The position numbers and the translations under genes are program-made. The notes below the pieces were generated by a model that did no database searches, was not told the origin of the DNA, and saw only the letters and a program-made list of their open reading frames with translations. From an archaeon BMS3Abin17 (GTDB lineage: Archaea > Nanobdellota > Nanobdellia > Pacearchaeales > GW2011-AR1): a stretch of 64,000 bases of DNA. Positions within the stretch are counted from its first letter, which is position 1; every line of letters begins with the position of its first letter. Positions 50,829-60,394 of the stretch are shown here, in pieces. The stretch is from the NCBI GenBank assembly GCA_002897655.1, contig BDTJ01000038.1, positions 1,957 through 65,956 on the forward strand. The letters run 5' to 3'.

Positions 50829-51055
50829 TTTTTTAGATAATTTATAACTTTATTATATCTTACTATTTGTAAAATGTCAAAGAAGATTACTCCTATTAAA
50901 ACAATCCATGTTACATAAGCTAATTTTAATTTAAATGTTAAATCTTCAATAGTGTAATACCCAATTGAAGTTGATAAAGTAACTGCTAAAAGAGTAAACA
51001 ACCAAGTCCTCGCGTTTTCATATTTTACCTTTAATAATTCATATTCTCTATCCAT
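50825..51055 (-). CDS. Small two-TM protein embedded between hsdS and hsdM
   Basis: 76 aa; its ends overlap both neighbours. Confidence 0.35.
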   Translation of the reverse strand: MDREYELLKVKYENARTWLFTLLAVTLSTSIGYYTIEDLTFKLKLAYVTWIVLIGVIFFDILQIVRYNKVINYLKK

Positions 51056-52205
51056 TTTTCACCAACTTTCCTTCAAAAGCAACTTTCAGGATTGATTTTC
51101 TGAGCATCTCTGCCTTTTTCAAAGAGTTATCAACAACTTCTTCAACTTTGTCTATAACTGAAAATTTTGATTCTATATTGGAGACTATTTTTTCCCAATC
51201 TTCTTTATCTGGAAGAGTCACAATAAAAGAGTTAAGGGTATTTTTGGATATTGCTTTAAAAGTAGTGCCAGTCCCTTTACTATCTAATCTTTGCCCATAA
51301 TAATTTATTAAATAGAAAAGTAAAAGAGATTCAGTTTCATTTTTAGCTTTTATTGCCGCAATTCCTCTACCAATAGCACATTTTTCAGGAGAAATATTAC
51401 AAGGACCAATTGGAGCTCTTATTGATACTAACAAGTCCCCTTTATCTGCTTCTTTGTTATACTTCTCAGTCCAAATTTCTATATTTGGAAATTTATAATT
51501 AAATTCTTTTTTTCCTTGAAAAAAAGCTAAACCTTTTTTTTCTTTATTATAATATTCAGATTTTGGTGATTGCCCCATAATTATTTCAAATGCTTTTCCA
51601 AGTTCTGTTTCTTTTCCATTCTCAAAAGCCTTTTTCAAGACAGCTTTTTTGTAAAGTTCTATTTTTTGTTTGACTGTTTTTAGTGATTTGATTGCTTCGT
51701 CAAGTCGTGTGAATTGAGTTTCTATGGCAGAGACGATTTTTTGTCTATCTTCAAATTTTTCTGGATAATATATTACATATTCTTTTAAAGTATTCGGAGA
51801 AATATTTGGTTGTGCCCCCCCATACGCTTCTTTGAGAATTTGTTGGCTTTTTGTTTGTAGAAAATAATAAATATAATCTTCTGATTTTTTATCTTTAGAT
51901 CTTATTAGCGCAATCCTTTGATTTAATAAAGCTGGTTTACTTTCCTTATAAATCCCAATTTTTCCAGTAGTTGCACCAGATAAGGCAATTAAAATATCAT
52001 CTTTTTTCAACACAGAATTTTTTATTTTCTCATTTAATTCCTTATCATAATAATGTTGATTTTTTTCTAAAATCATAACTTCTTGACCATTAGTTATATT
52101 TGAAATTCTAATTATTGGGATTCCTTGTTTTGCAAATTCTGAACTTTTGAAAGCAAACCCTGATTTTACTTTTGCTACTTCGTTAAGTTTTTTTGTTTGT
52201 CGCAT
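51048..52205 (-). CDS. hsdS: Type I R-M specificity subunit
   Basis: Two target-recognition-domain halves separated by conserved central and C-terminal coiled regions; 385 aa. Confidence 0.8.
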   Translation of the reverse strand: MRQTKKLNEVAKVKSGFAFKSSEFAKQGIPIIRISNITNGQEVMILEKNQHYYDKELNEKIKNSVLKKDDILIALSGATTGKIGIYKESKPALLNQRIALIRSKDKKSEDYIYYFLQTKSQQILKEAYGGAQPNISPNTLKEYVIYYPEKFEDRQKIVSAIETQFTRLDEAIKSLKTVKQKIELYKKAVLKKAFENGKETELGKAFEIIMGQSPKSEYYNKEKKGLAFFQGKKEFNYKFPNIEIWTEKYNKEADKGDLLVSIRAPIGPCNISPEKCAIGRGIAAIKAKNETESLLLFYLINYYGQRLDSKGTGTTFKAISKNTLNSFIVTLPDKEDWEKIVSNIESKFSVIDKVEEVVDNSLKKAEMLRKSILKVAFEGKLVKNG

Positions 52206-52206
52206 C

Positions 52207-52611
52207 TTAACTTCTTCCCCCTTTTTTTATTAATTCAATAATTTGTGGTAGATACTGAACAATCCAGGGTGCATTGATCAATAACCATTTACCTATATCT
52301 TTTCCCTTTACTTTTTTTTGTAATTCTATTTCTTCAACAAGTCTTTGACCCTCAGAAGTAATTTTTATATTAAGTGGTTTCCCATTCACCATTCTTATAT
52401 CTATAATTAGATTTTCTTCTTCTAAGAATTTCATTTGCTGATTTATGTTAACCTCGGAGCAACTCAATTTTTGAACTATTTCCTTAAATGAAGCTCTTTT
52501 ATTTTCCTGGTTTAACAAATAAAGAAATCCTAAAATTTTATATCTAATTAATATATTTTCTAAAATTAAATCTTTCATTTTCTTTCTTTCCTTGGAAATA
52601 AAAAATACCAA
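52207..52611 (-). CDS. wHTH transcriptional-regulator-like protein
   Basis: 134 aa; ILGFLYLLNQENKRASFKEIVQKLSCSEVNINQQMKFLEEENLI looks PadR/MarR-like. Confidence 0.35.
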   Translation of the reverse strand: MVFFISKERKKMKDLILENILIRYKILGFLYLLNQENKRASFKEIVQKLSCSEVNINQQMKFLEEENLIIDIRMVNGKPLNIKITSEGQRLVEEIELQKKVKGKDIGKWLLINAPWIVQYLPQIIELIKKGGRS

Positions 52612-53048
52612 ATTTCTTTAATTAATACACCTGATAATCCTGCAATAAAAATTCCAAATATAATTAAGGAAACTGGCTTAGCCCAATTTGATTTTTCAAG
52701 ATTAAGGATAAAAATAAAAAGGGTTATTAAAACATTTAATGCTGTTGCAACCGCAATAATTATAGTAGCTTTAAGAGTTTTATTATTAATCTGTTCTTGT
52801 CTTTGATTTTTATTATATTCTTCCAAGGAAGCAAAACCCTTTGGTGCAAGTTTGATATAAAATATATCTATCCAATTATTTGATTTATTTTTCTCCCTTA
52901 TTTTTTGTAAAAATATAAACCTTTCTTCACGCATAGCTTCAAAATCAGTTAGAAAAAACCCCAAGTCCTCAAATTTTTCTATTAATTCTAAGACATTTGG
53001 CTCTTGTTTTGATAATATTTCAAAGAGTTTTATGTAGTTGTTTTTCAT
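52575..53048 (-). CDS. Membrane protein (C-terminal two TM helices)
   Basis: 157 aa. Confidence 0.3.
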   Translation of the reverse strand: MKNNYIKLFEILSKQEPNVLELIEKFEDLGFFLTDFEAMREERFIFLQKIREKNKSNNWIDIFYIKLAPKGFASLEEYNKNQRQEQINNKTLKATIIIAVATALNVLITLFIFILNLEKSNWAKPVSLIIFGIFIAGLSGVLIKEIWYFLFPRKERK

Positions 53049-53076
53049 TTTGATTGTGGCTATTTATTTTGAGCTG

Positions 53077-53634
53077 TCATTTTTCTAATATTCTCTGGGC
53101 TTCATCTATTCCAATAATTTCTAATTTATATTTAGTAAATCTCTTAGCAATTTTTTTAGATTCTTTTTTGAATTGACTATCGCTTGTTATTAAAAAATCG
53201 CATTCATTACTTAAAGCCGTTGCTAAATGAACACAATCTGGAGACCAGATATTTGAACTTGAACTAATATCACTAGCAACTTGCCAACCATCTTCTGATA
53301 AAGAAAGTTTTTCTAAGAAAGGATAAGATTCTAATAAATTATCAAGGTATTCAGAAATTTTCTTGAAATGATGATCTTCTAAATTAGGATTATTTCTTTC
53401 TCTAATTATCCTTTTAAATTCAAATTTTTTATTAATTGCTTCTTGAAAGAATAAATCATCTTTTTTAGCATCACAAAGTTCCATTAAAAGAAATGCAGAG
53501 GTATAACAGCTACATTTTTTCTTATTTTGAAGATTTCTTATTACTTCAATTAAATGAATCGCTTTTGTATTTCTTTTTTCCATAATATCTCTAATAAAAT
53601 TTGTATCTAAGTAAATCTTAGGATATTTCTTCAT
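53077..53634 (-). CDS. PIN-domain (VapC-like) protein
   Basis: N-terminus MKKYPKIYLDTNFIRD plus downstream acidic residues. Confidence 0.45.
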   Translation of the reverse strand: MKKYPKIYLDTNFIRDIMEKRNTKAIHLIEVIRNLQNKKKCSCYTSAFLLMELCDAKKDDLFFQEAINKKFEFKRIIRERNNPNLEDHHFKKISEYLDNLLESYPFLEKLSLSEDGWQVASDISSSSNIWSPDCVHLATALSNECDFLITSDSQFKKESKKIAKRFTKYKLEIIGIDEAQRILEK

Positions 53635-53795
53635 TTTCTCCTCCTCTTTTTTGTAGTATAAAAAGTAACTTTTACAGGTTTTTTTATTGTTTTAGTCGCT
53701 TTAAATTTTACAAGAGTTCCATCTGACCTTCTAAAACGAACTACTGTTGGTTTTTTTATTTTCTTTTTCGCCCAAAAACTAATTCTTCTTGCCAT
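53631..53795 (-). CDS. Unlisted 54-aa strongly basic ORF, translationally coupled (ATGA) to the PIN gene
   Basis: My own translation: MARRISFWAKKKIKKPTVVRFRRSDGTLVKFKATKTIKKPVKVTFYTTKKRRRK. It contains the GGAGG upstream of the PIN start. Confidence 0.3.
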   Translation of the reverse strand: MARRISFWAKKKIKKPTVVRFRRSDGTLVKFKATKTIKKPVKVTFYTTKKRRRK

Positions 53796-54456
53796 CTTCA
53801 ATCTCCAAAATTTTAATTAACTCTGAATCAATATGTTTTATTTTATTAACGCTTCTTATTGTAATATCAACTTTTCCACCAGGAGCGGATTTTATATTTA
53901 TATCAATTTTCTCTTTTTTTCCAGTTATTTTATTATCAAAAATCTCTTTATCCCAGATAATTGCATTTTTATCTATAATCATTATTTTTCCTCCCAACAC
54001 TTTTTCAGAAACTGGGATTATTCTATATCTTCTATCTAATCTTGGATATTTTTCTTCATAGTCAATTCTATTCATTAGTTTAGTAAACACTTCTACATAA
54101 AACTTAGTTGAAAGGAGAATTATAGCATTATTAAGATCAAATATATACTTTGGAAATTCATTAATATCTTCTTTAAATTTTATCTTTTCTATTTCATTTT
54201 TATCTAAAATACTTTTTATTAAAAAATCTACCTCCCCCCCCGCAACCATTCTACCTGCGCCAGGAAGGTATTCGGAAAATGAAGGACTGATAAAAATATT
54301 CTCATCAATTAAAGGCCTTATCCCTATTTGAATAAATTTTCCATCAGTTTTTTCAACTAAATTCACCTTAGCAATATCTTCAATAATTAAACTTCTATTA
54401 TAATCTTCTAAAGTATATTCATAAAATTTCTTAATTTTTTCTTTATTATAACTCAT
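53779..54456 (-). CDS. Hypothetical protein
   Basis: 225 aa, within the R-M operon. Confidence 0.35.
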   Translation of the reverse strand: MSYNKEKIKKFYEYTLEDYNRSLIIEDIAKVNLVEKTDGKFIQIGIRPLIDENIFISPSFSEYLPGAGRMVAGGEVDFLIKSILDKNEIEKIKFKEDINEFPKYIFDLNNAIILLSTKFYVEVFTKLMNRIDYEEKYPRLDRRYRIIPVSEKVLGGKIMIIDKNAIIWDKEIFDNKITGKKEKIDINIKSAPGGKVDITIRSVNKIKHIDSELIKILEIEDGKKN

Positions 54457-54680
54457 TTTGTTTTCTCTCCTTTTTCAAAGGGGTTAAGAGTTATTTTTTC
54501 TAAAAGTTCAATTTTTGCATTTTTATTTGAATTCTCATTTTCTAAAAATCTTATCCTAGGTTTAATATCTTTTTTTAAATCTGAAACCTGTTTTAAAACC
54601 CACCCCAAAAAAATCAAAATTAAAGTTATAAATATCCCTAGAATCCATTCCCAACTTAAACTAATTGTTGAAGTTCCCAT
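54453..54680 (-). CDS. Small single-TM protein
   Basis: 75 aa; shares its boundary with the hsdR stop. Confidence 0.3.
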   Translation of the reverse strand: MGTSTISLSWEWILGIFITLILIFLGWVLKQVSDLKKDIKPRIRFLENENSNKNAKIELLEKITLNPFEKGEKTK

Positions 54681-57451
54681 TACCCCCCAACCCCCAAATT
54701 TATTCCCCTAATCATCTTTCCAAACTTTTCCTGTCCTTCAAAGACCTTCACGGCTTTGCCTAATCCTCCCATTTGCTGAAGTGAACCATATTCAAAATCA
54801 TCTGCTTCAATTTCTGCTGTTGTTGCAATATGTTGTTTTATTTTTCCTAACCAGGTTAGTTGCTCTTTTGTGAATTCTACTCCTTGTTCTTTTTGTGTTG
54901 CAAGCCATTCTTTAAATCTCTTTTCAATTGTATCGAGATATGGCTCAAGCTCTTTTGTTTTTTCTATCTCATGCCTGAGGAGAGATATAAAATCTGCTAT
55001 TCTCTCAGATTTTGATTGGCCTTTAACCTTCCCTTCTTCTAAATTTTTGTAAGCATTCCAAAGTCTTGAAGTGGTTAGCCCATAAGAGGGGGATTTAATT
55101 GTCTCTGAAAGACTTTTAAGATCTTTCCATTTAATCTTTCCTTTATGTTTATATAATATCTGAATTGCATCTAATTCGTCTTTATTTTTCTTGATAAATT
55201 CTCTAAAAGAACCTACAACCTCTTTTGCTTTTTCTTTAGCAATTTCAGAAAATCCTGCATACTCAACTTCATCAAGAGTAACATCATCAAGAATTATCTC
55301 TGTTTCTCTTTTAATTTCAGGAAGTCTTTCTAAAAGTTTTGGATTCTTAGTAAAGTCTAGGGAAGCATTTTTGATTCTTTTTCTTGTAAATTCTTCAATT
55401 TGTGTTTTTGTTGGTTCATAGCCAAATTCTTTTTGAGCTTCTTCTAATATTTTATCTCCATCAACTGCCAATACTAGTTCCTTAGAAAAATCACTTAGTT
55501 TTTTACCTGAAATATTCTGGATTTCTTTATTTTGCTTTTCTGTTAATCTTTTTTCTAATCTAGAAAGTCTTGAAGCCATAGAAGAAAGATGCTCTTTCTT
55601 TAACTTGCCTTTTCCATATTGAAATAATTTTATTAACTTTTCAAAAGAAATCTTTTTACCTAACTGTTCTAATGGAGAAGTCTCATTTAAATCTTTATTG
55701 TCTAAAACCCCCACTGCATCAACAATAACAAATCTTTCTTTAACTGCATTAGGTGTAACTTGTCTAAAATCTTCTGCTTTCATAACTCTAACCCCCCTAC
55801 CTTTCATTTGTTCAAATAATAACCTGCTTTTAACAGCCCTCATAAAAAATACTATCTCCAAAGGTTTAATATCAGTTCCTGTCGCAATCATATCCACAGT
55901 AACAGCAATCCGAATTTTAGGAGATGTTCTAAAATCCTTAATCAGTTGTTTTGGACTTATACCCTCTGTTTTATAAGTTATTTTAACTGCAAAATCATTC
56001 CCTTCTCCAAAAACCTCTCTGACAATTTCCAAGATATCCTCTGCATGGTCGTCACTTTTTGCAAAAATTAAGGTTTTAGGAACCCAATCTCTATTAGGAA
56101 AAATACTTGGCAACATTTTATCTTTAAATGTTTTTATTATTGTCCTAATTTGGTCTTTTGATACAACTCTTCTATCAAGTTCCTCTGCATTATATTGAAC
56201 TTCATCCTCAAGTTTTTCCCATCTTTTTTGTCTTGTTCTTTTGTCTCTTTTAATAATCGTCTCTCCTTTTGGAATAATATTTCCTGTTTTTGTAACTTTT
56301 GTTCTAATATCATAAACATCAAAATCAACATTTACATTATCTGCAACAGCTTCCTCATGCCCATACTCCATAACGAGATTTTTATTAAAAAAACCAATAG
56401 TGCCTTTAGAAGGTGTAGCTGTTAAACCAATTAAAAAAGCATCAAAATATTCTAAAACCTGCCTCCATAATTTATAAATGGATCTATGGCACTCATCAAC
56501 AATAATTACATCAAATGTTTCTATTGGGATCTTAGGGTTATATTCTAATTTTTCATACTCTCCAGATAAAGCATCTATAAACTTTTCATCATCCTCTTGT
56601 TCCCCTGTTAATTTTTCTCCTTTAATTATAGAATACATTCTTTGAATCGTGGAAATACAAACCCTTGTAGAGTCACTTATTTTGTTTCCTTTCAACAATT
56701 GAAGATTGTGCAAATCAGTAAATTTCCTCCCATCTCCAGGAACTTCAAAATTCTCAAATTCTTGTTCTGTTTGTTCCCCTAAATTAGACCTGTCCACTAA
56801 AAATAAAATTCTATGAGCATTGCCATTTTTAATTAAATCCTCACAAATATTAACTGCAGTAAAAGTTTTTCCAGAGCCTGTTGCCATCTGAATTAATGCT
56901 TTTGGATTTCCATTAGCCAAAGACTCCTTAATGTTTTTTATAGCTTTAATTTGAACAGGCCAAAGGTTTTTATTTTTATATTCTTTGTTTAAAGAAAGAT
57001 TATACCTTAAATTTCCTTTTTTTCCTTTTTTAATCCAATCCTCCAGAGTTTCAGGTTTATGAAAAGCGAAAACCTCTCTGCTTCTTGGCTTTGCATCCCA
57101 CTTATTAGTGAATCTAATTTCAGAGCCAGAGGATTCATAAAGAAAAGGCAATTCTCCTTCGAGTTTCTCAAAATCCTCTGGAAATCCTTCAGAATATTTT
57201 GCAGTTTGAGGCTCTTTACCCATTAATGACTCCCCTTCTTTTTTAGCCTCAATTACTCCTACTGCTTTTCCATTTACAAATAAAACATAATCTGCCTGGT
57301 CTTTACCCATTTGGAAGTATTCAACAGCAACTCCTTTTGAGCTATGAACATTGGCAATTTTATAGTTTTGAATATTCCACCCAACAGCATCTAATTGGGG
57401 GTTAATCTTCTCATGCCTTGCTTTATCTTCTGGTCTTAATGAGTGTGTCAT
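54680..57451 (-). CDS. hsdR: Type I R-M restriction subunit
   Basis: Walker A QMATGSGKT, DECH box (IIVDECHRS) and helicase C; 923 aa. Confidence 0.9.
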   Translation of the reverse strand: MTHSLRPEDKARHEKINPQLDAVGWNIQNYKIANVHSSKGVAVEYFQMGKDQADYVLFVNGKAVGVIEAKKEGESLMGKEPQTAKYSEGFPEDFEKLEGELPFLYESSGSEIRFTNKWDAKPRSREVFAFHKPETLEDWIKKGKKGNLRYNLSLNKEYKNKNLWPVQIKAIKNIKESLANGNPKALIQMATGSGKTFTAVNICEDLIKNGNAHRILFLVDRSNLGEQTEQEFENFEVPGDGRKFTDLHNLQLLKGNKISDSTRVCISTIQRMYSIIKGEKLTGEQEDDEKFIDALSGEYEKLEYNPKIPIETFDVIIVDECHRSIYKLWRQVLEYFDAFLIGLTATPSKGTIGFFNKNLVMEYGHEEAVADNVNVDFDVYDIRTKVTKTGNIIPKGETIIKRDKRTRQKRWEKLEDEVQYNAEELDRRVVSKDQIRTIIKTFKDKMLPSIFPNRDWVPKTLIFAKSDDHAEDILEIVREVFGEGNDFAVKITYKTEGISPKQLIKDFRTSPKIRIAVTVDMIATGTDIKPLEIVFFMRAVKSRLLFEQMKGRGVRVMKAEDFRQVTPNAVKERFVIVDAVGVLDNKDLNETSPLEQLGKKISFEKLIKLFQYGKGKLKKEHLSSMASRLSRLEKRLTEKQNKEIQNISGKKLSDFSKELVLAVDGDKILEEAQKEFGYEPTKTQIEEFTRKRIKNASLDFTKNPKLLERLPEIKRETEIILDDVTLDEVEYAGFSEIAKEKAKEVVGSFREFIKKNKDELDAIQILYKHKGKIKWKDLKSLSETIKSPSYGLTTSRLWNAYKNLEEGKVKGQSKSERIADFISLLRHEIEKTKELEPYLDTIEKRFKEWLATQKEQGVEFTKEQLTWLGKIKQHIATTAEIEADDFEYGSLQQMGGLGKAVKVFEGQEKFGKMIRGINLGVGG

Positions 57452-57485
57452 ATTTACCTAAGAAACCTCTTGATTTTAAGTTTAT

Positions 57486-59189
57486 CTATTCAAATCTTCT
57501 CATAAATTTATTAATTTCTTCTGCAATTCTCTTTCTTCTGAACTCTAAAAATTTCTTATAATTATTTATCTCCCAATCCTCTTTTTCTAGAGAAATAAGT
57601 TGCGAAGCGAGTGTATCTTTGCCCCTTTTTTCAATAATCTCTTTAAGATATATTTTTGGCTCCTTTTTTGCTATTTGACGGTTTGTTTTCCCCCCTATAA
57701 ATGCAAGATTAGATATTTCATTTACTTCTTTTTTCTCAAATCCCGCCTTTTTTAGTAGAGATTTGGGAAATATGTGGTGATATTGTAATGAATGAGCTCT
57801 TCCAATATGCCTTTCTGATAGAGAAAGGCCAGTCCACCAGTCTTTTGCTTCATTTTGTTTAAGAACAAAATATAACATTGAAAAAAATGGACTTCTTATC
57901 CCCTTTTCAAATATGTCCTTTTCACCCACTTCAAACTTTTTAACATGTGTTTGTAATTGGTTAAGCAAATTATCTACACTATTCCCTCTAAAAATAATAG
58001 ATATATCTAAATCTAGGATTGATTCAGAAGAACCCATCCCATAATGACCCCTCATATGTGCTAAATAAAACCACCTTAATAATCTTTTTTCATCTTCTCC
58101 AGATAATTTTTCATTATTATTCATTGCATAAATTGCTATCGGGATTAATAAAAAAGGGGAGGAGATATTGGAAAGATTATCTACTCCAGCATTGCTTCTT
58201 AGGAAATTCACAGCAAATCTTAGACCATTCTTTGCAAGTTCCCATGACTCCTCTAATTTTTTCTTTTTTATTTTCCCCACAGTCTTGAATTTACTTTGTT
58301 GGGTAGCAAATACTACAAGAGTTCTTACAGGTAACCCGGATTCAAGAATATAATCTTCATCTTCTTTGAATTCTTTAGCAAATTCCTCAATTTGATCCAT
58401 AAAACCTTTCCATTTAGAAGTAATTTGAGCAAGTGCTAAATCAGAACCTCTCAACTTTATCCCTAAAGAATTAACTCTAACAAATATCTCTGTTACTTCT
58501 TCATAAGATTTATTTTTATCTAAAACTTGCATACCATATGTATAATCTGCTATTTTCTTTAAATTTTGTAATCGTGCAGAATATTTGTCCCATTTTTCGT
58601 CATCAGAATTTATCCCAATCGATTTTAAAATTTGACTTTCAGATTTCTTAAAAACATCTGAAACTGGTATCCATAAAGGATTATTTTTTAAGGTTTTACT
58701 TGATACAACAAAAATTTTCTTTTTTAGTTCTTCCCATATATCTCTTTCAGAAGAATCTCCATTTTCTAAATTCTCAGAACTTTCTTGGCCATCATTTTCA
58801 TCAACTTCAGTCACTTCAACAGGGGGGCCTTCTGGATGTTCTAGATTGAATAAGATCTCGATAGGCCTTTTCCTTTTTCTAACATGAACTGGTTCTCCCG
58901 ATATAATTGCAGATAAAGAAGTGATTCTTTGCTGACCATCTAAAAGAAGCCATTTTTGTGAGGTTGTTGGAGGTTTAGTAGACTTTATTGCTAAATCTCT
59001 TTCTTGAATATCTTCATCTGTTTCCCAGACTAATATAGTCCCTGAAGGATATTTTCTATACAAAGAATCTAATAGGTCTCTTACCCTTGTTCCAGGCCAG
59101 ATATACTTTCTTTGCATTTCAGGCAATTTTAATTCTTTTCTCAATACTTTATCTACTAATTCTCTTACCGAAATATATGTTTCAACCAT
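57486..59189 (-). CDS. GmrSD-like DUF262/DUF1524 type IV restriction-like enzyme
   Basis: N-terminal DUF262 motif LLLDGQQRITSL. C-terminal His-Me finger (HHIFPKS...N). Confidence 0.8.
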   Translation of the reverse strand: MVETYISVRELVDKVLRKELKLPEMQRKYIWPGTRVRDLLDSLYRKYPSGTILVWETDEDIQERDLAIKSTKPPTTSQKWLLLDGQQRITSLSAIISGEPVHVRKRKRPIEILFNLEHPEGPPVEVTEVDENDGQESSENLENGDSSERDIWEELKKKIFVVSSKTLKNNPLWIPVSDVFKKSESQILKSIGINSDDEKWDKYSARLQNLKKIADYTYGMQVLDKNKSYEEVTEIFVRVNSLGIKLRGSDLALAQITSKWKGFMDQIEEFAKEFKEDEDYILESGLPVRTLVVFATQQSKFKTVGKIKKKKLEESWELAKNGLRFAVNFLRSNAGVDNLSNISSPFLLIPIAIYAMNNNEKLSGEDEKRLLRWFYLAHMRGHYGMGSSESILDLDISIIFRGNSVDNLLNQLQTHVKKFEVGEKDIFEKGIRSPFFSMLYFVLKQNEAKDWWTGLSLSERHIGRAHSLQYHHIFPKSLLKKAGFEKKEVNEISNLAFIGGKTNRQIAKKEPKIYLKEIIEKRGKDTLASQLISLEKEDWEINNYKKFLEFRRKRIAEEINKFMRRFE

Positions 59190-59227
59190 ATTATTTCCTA
59201 TAATTCTCCATTTTTAATCATTTCCAT

Positions 59228-59356
59228 TCACTCCTCCCCAACATCCCCTCTCTTACTCAAAGATATCCTGTGATCTTTTTCAATGTTTGCCCTATCCTTT
59301 TCCGGCATTGCATCAAGCATTCTTTTTCTGTTCTTGGGTGCCTGCAATCCAGTCAT
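59228..59356 (-). pseudogene. 42-aa ORF that duplicates the Cas4-like C-terminal tail
   Basis: My own translation: MTGLQAPKNRKRMLDAMPEKDRANIEKDHRISLSKRGDVGEE, compared with the Cas4-like end ...KDKVNIEKDYRISLSRRKDLEEE. ATGA overlap with the Fic stop. Confidence 0.4.
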
Positions 59357-60300
59357 TTTTTCTTTTTTTCAAGCTTCTCCTGAAATTTTTTGTATTCTTT
59401 TATATACAATTTTATTGTTGGTTTTAAATTTTTATTTAGTTCATATTCTTTTAATGTTCTGTAATATTCCTGGCTATTTTTAAAATCAATATTAACCGGG
59501 GGGAGGTTATGTTTAATTAAGATATTATTTAATAAGATTCTTCCAACCCTTCCATTTCCATCTGCAAATGGATGGACATTCTCAAATTGGTTGTGTATTA
59601 CAGCACCAAGAATTAATGCAGGATATTTCTCTTTATTTTTGTTATACCAATTTATTAATTCTTTTAATAAGTAATTAATTCTGGTCTGTGGCGCCCCTTC
59701 ATGAACCACTTGCCCAAGATTATTTGTGACAACAACTTCTTCTCCTTTTTTTCTTAAGCTTCCTGCAAAGGATTTAGAATTTTTAAAAACAATTTTATGG
59801 ATTTTTTTAATTAAATTAATTGAAATATGCTCTTTGGCCTGCCTGATAAATCTTATTGCTTCATCTACTCCATAAGCTTCTGCAATATCTTCTTTTGATT
59901 TGTCCAGCCATTTGTCTTTTTCTAAAATATCCTTAACTTCTTTCTGGCTTAATTTGCTTCCTTCTATAGCATTAGTATTATAGGTAAAAATTTTAGAGAA
60001 TATTTTCCAGTCTTTTTCAGATAAATGGAATATCTTTAAGGGAATCTCTGCCTCTAATTTTTTTATTTCCTTAATCTCCTGTTTAGTCAATTCAAAATCT
60101 AAAGGGTCTTTTATGACTTTATATTTGTGTATTTCTTCAAGGATTAGTTTTTCTGCAATTTCTCTCCTTTCTTTTAATTTTCTGTTGCTTAAATCAGTTC
60201 CAAGATACTTTCTGAATTTATGAACTTTTAATCCCTCCCTATAAGAATGAGCTAAATAATATTTTGTTTTCTTTCCCTGCTTTCTTTTTTCAATATGCAT
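59353..60300 (-). CDS. Fic/Doc-family protein
   Basis: Fic motif HPFADGNGRVGR. Confidence 0.8.
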   Translation of the reverse strand: MHIEKRKQGKKTKYYLAHSYREGLKVHKFRKYLGTDLSNRKLKERREIAEKLILEEIHKYKVIKDPLDFELTKQEIKEIKKLEAEIPLKIFHLSEKDWKIFSKIFTYNTNAIEGSKLSQKEVKDILEKDKWLDKSKEDIAEAYGVDEAIRFIRQAKEHISINLIKKIHKIVFKNSKSFAGSLRKKGEEVVVTNNLGQVVHEGAPQTRINYLLKELINWYNKNKEKYPALILGAVIHNQFENVHPFADGNGRVGRILLNNILIKHNLPPVNIDFKNSQEYYRTLKEYELNKNLKPTIKLYIKEYKKFQEKLEKKKK

Positions 60301-60394
60301 AATAATATATGGGTGTCTACATATTTAAATCTTTTGTTCTCAGGTGTCTACATTTTAAGTAATTTGTAGTCACCTCTCTTGTGGTGCGAGTTTC

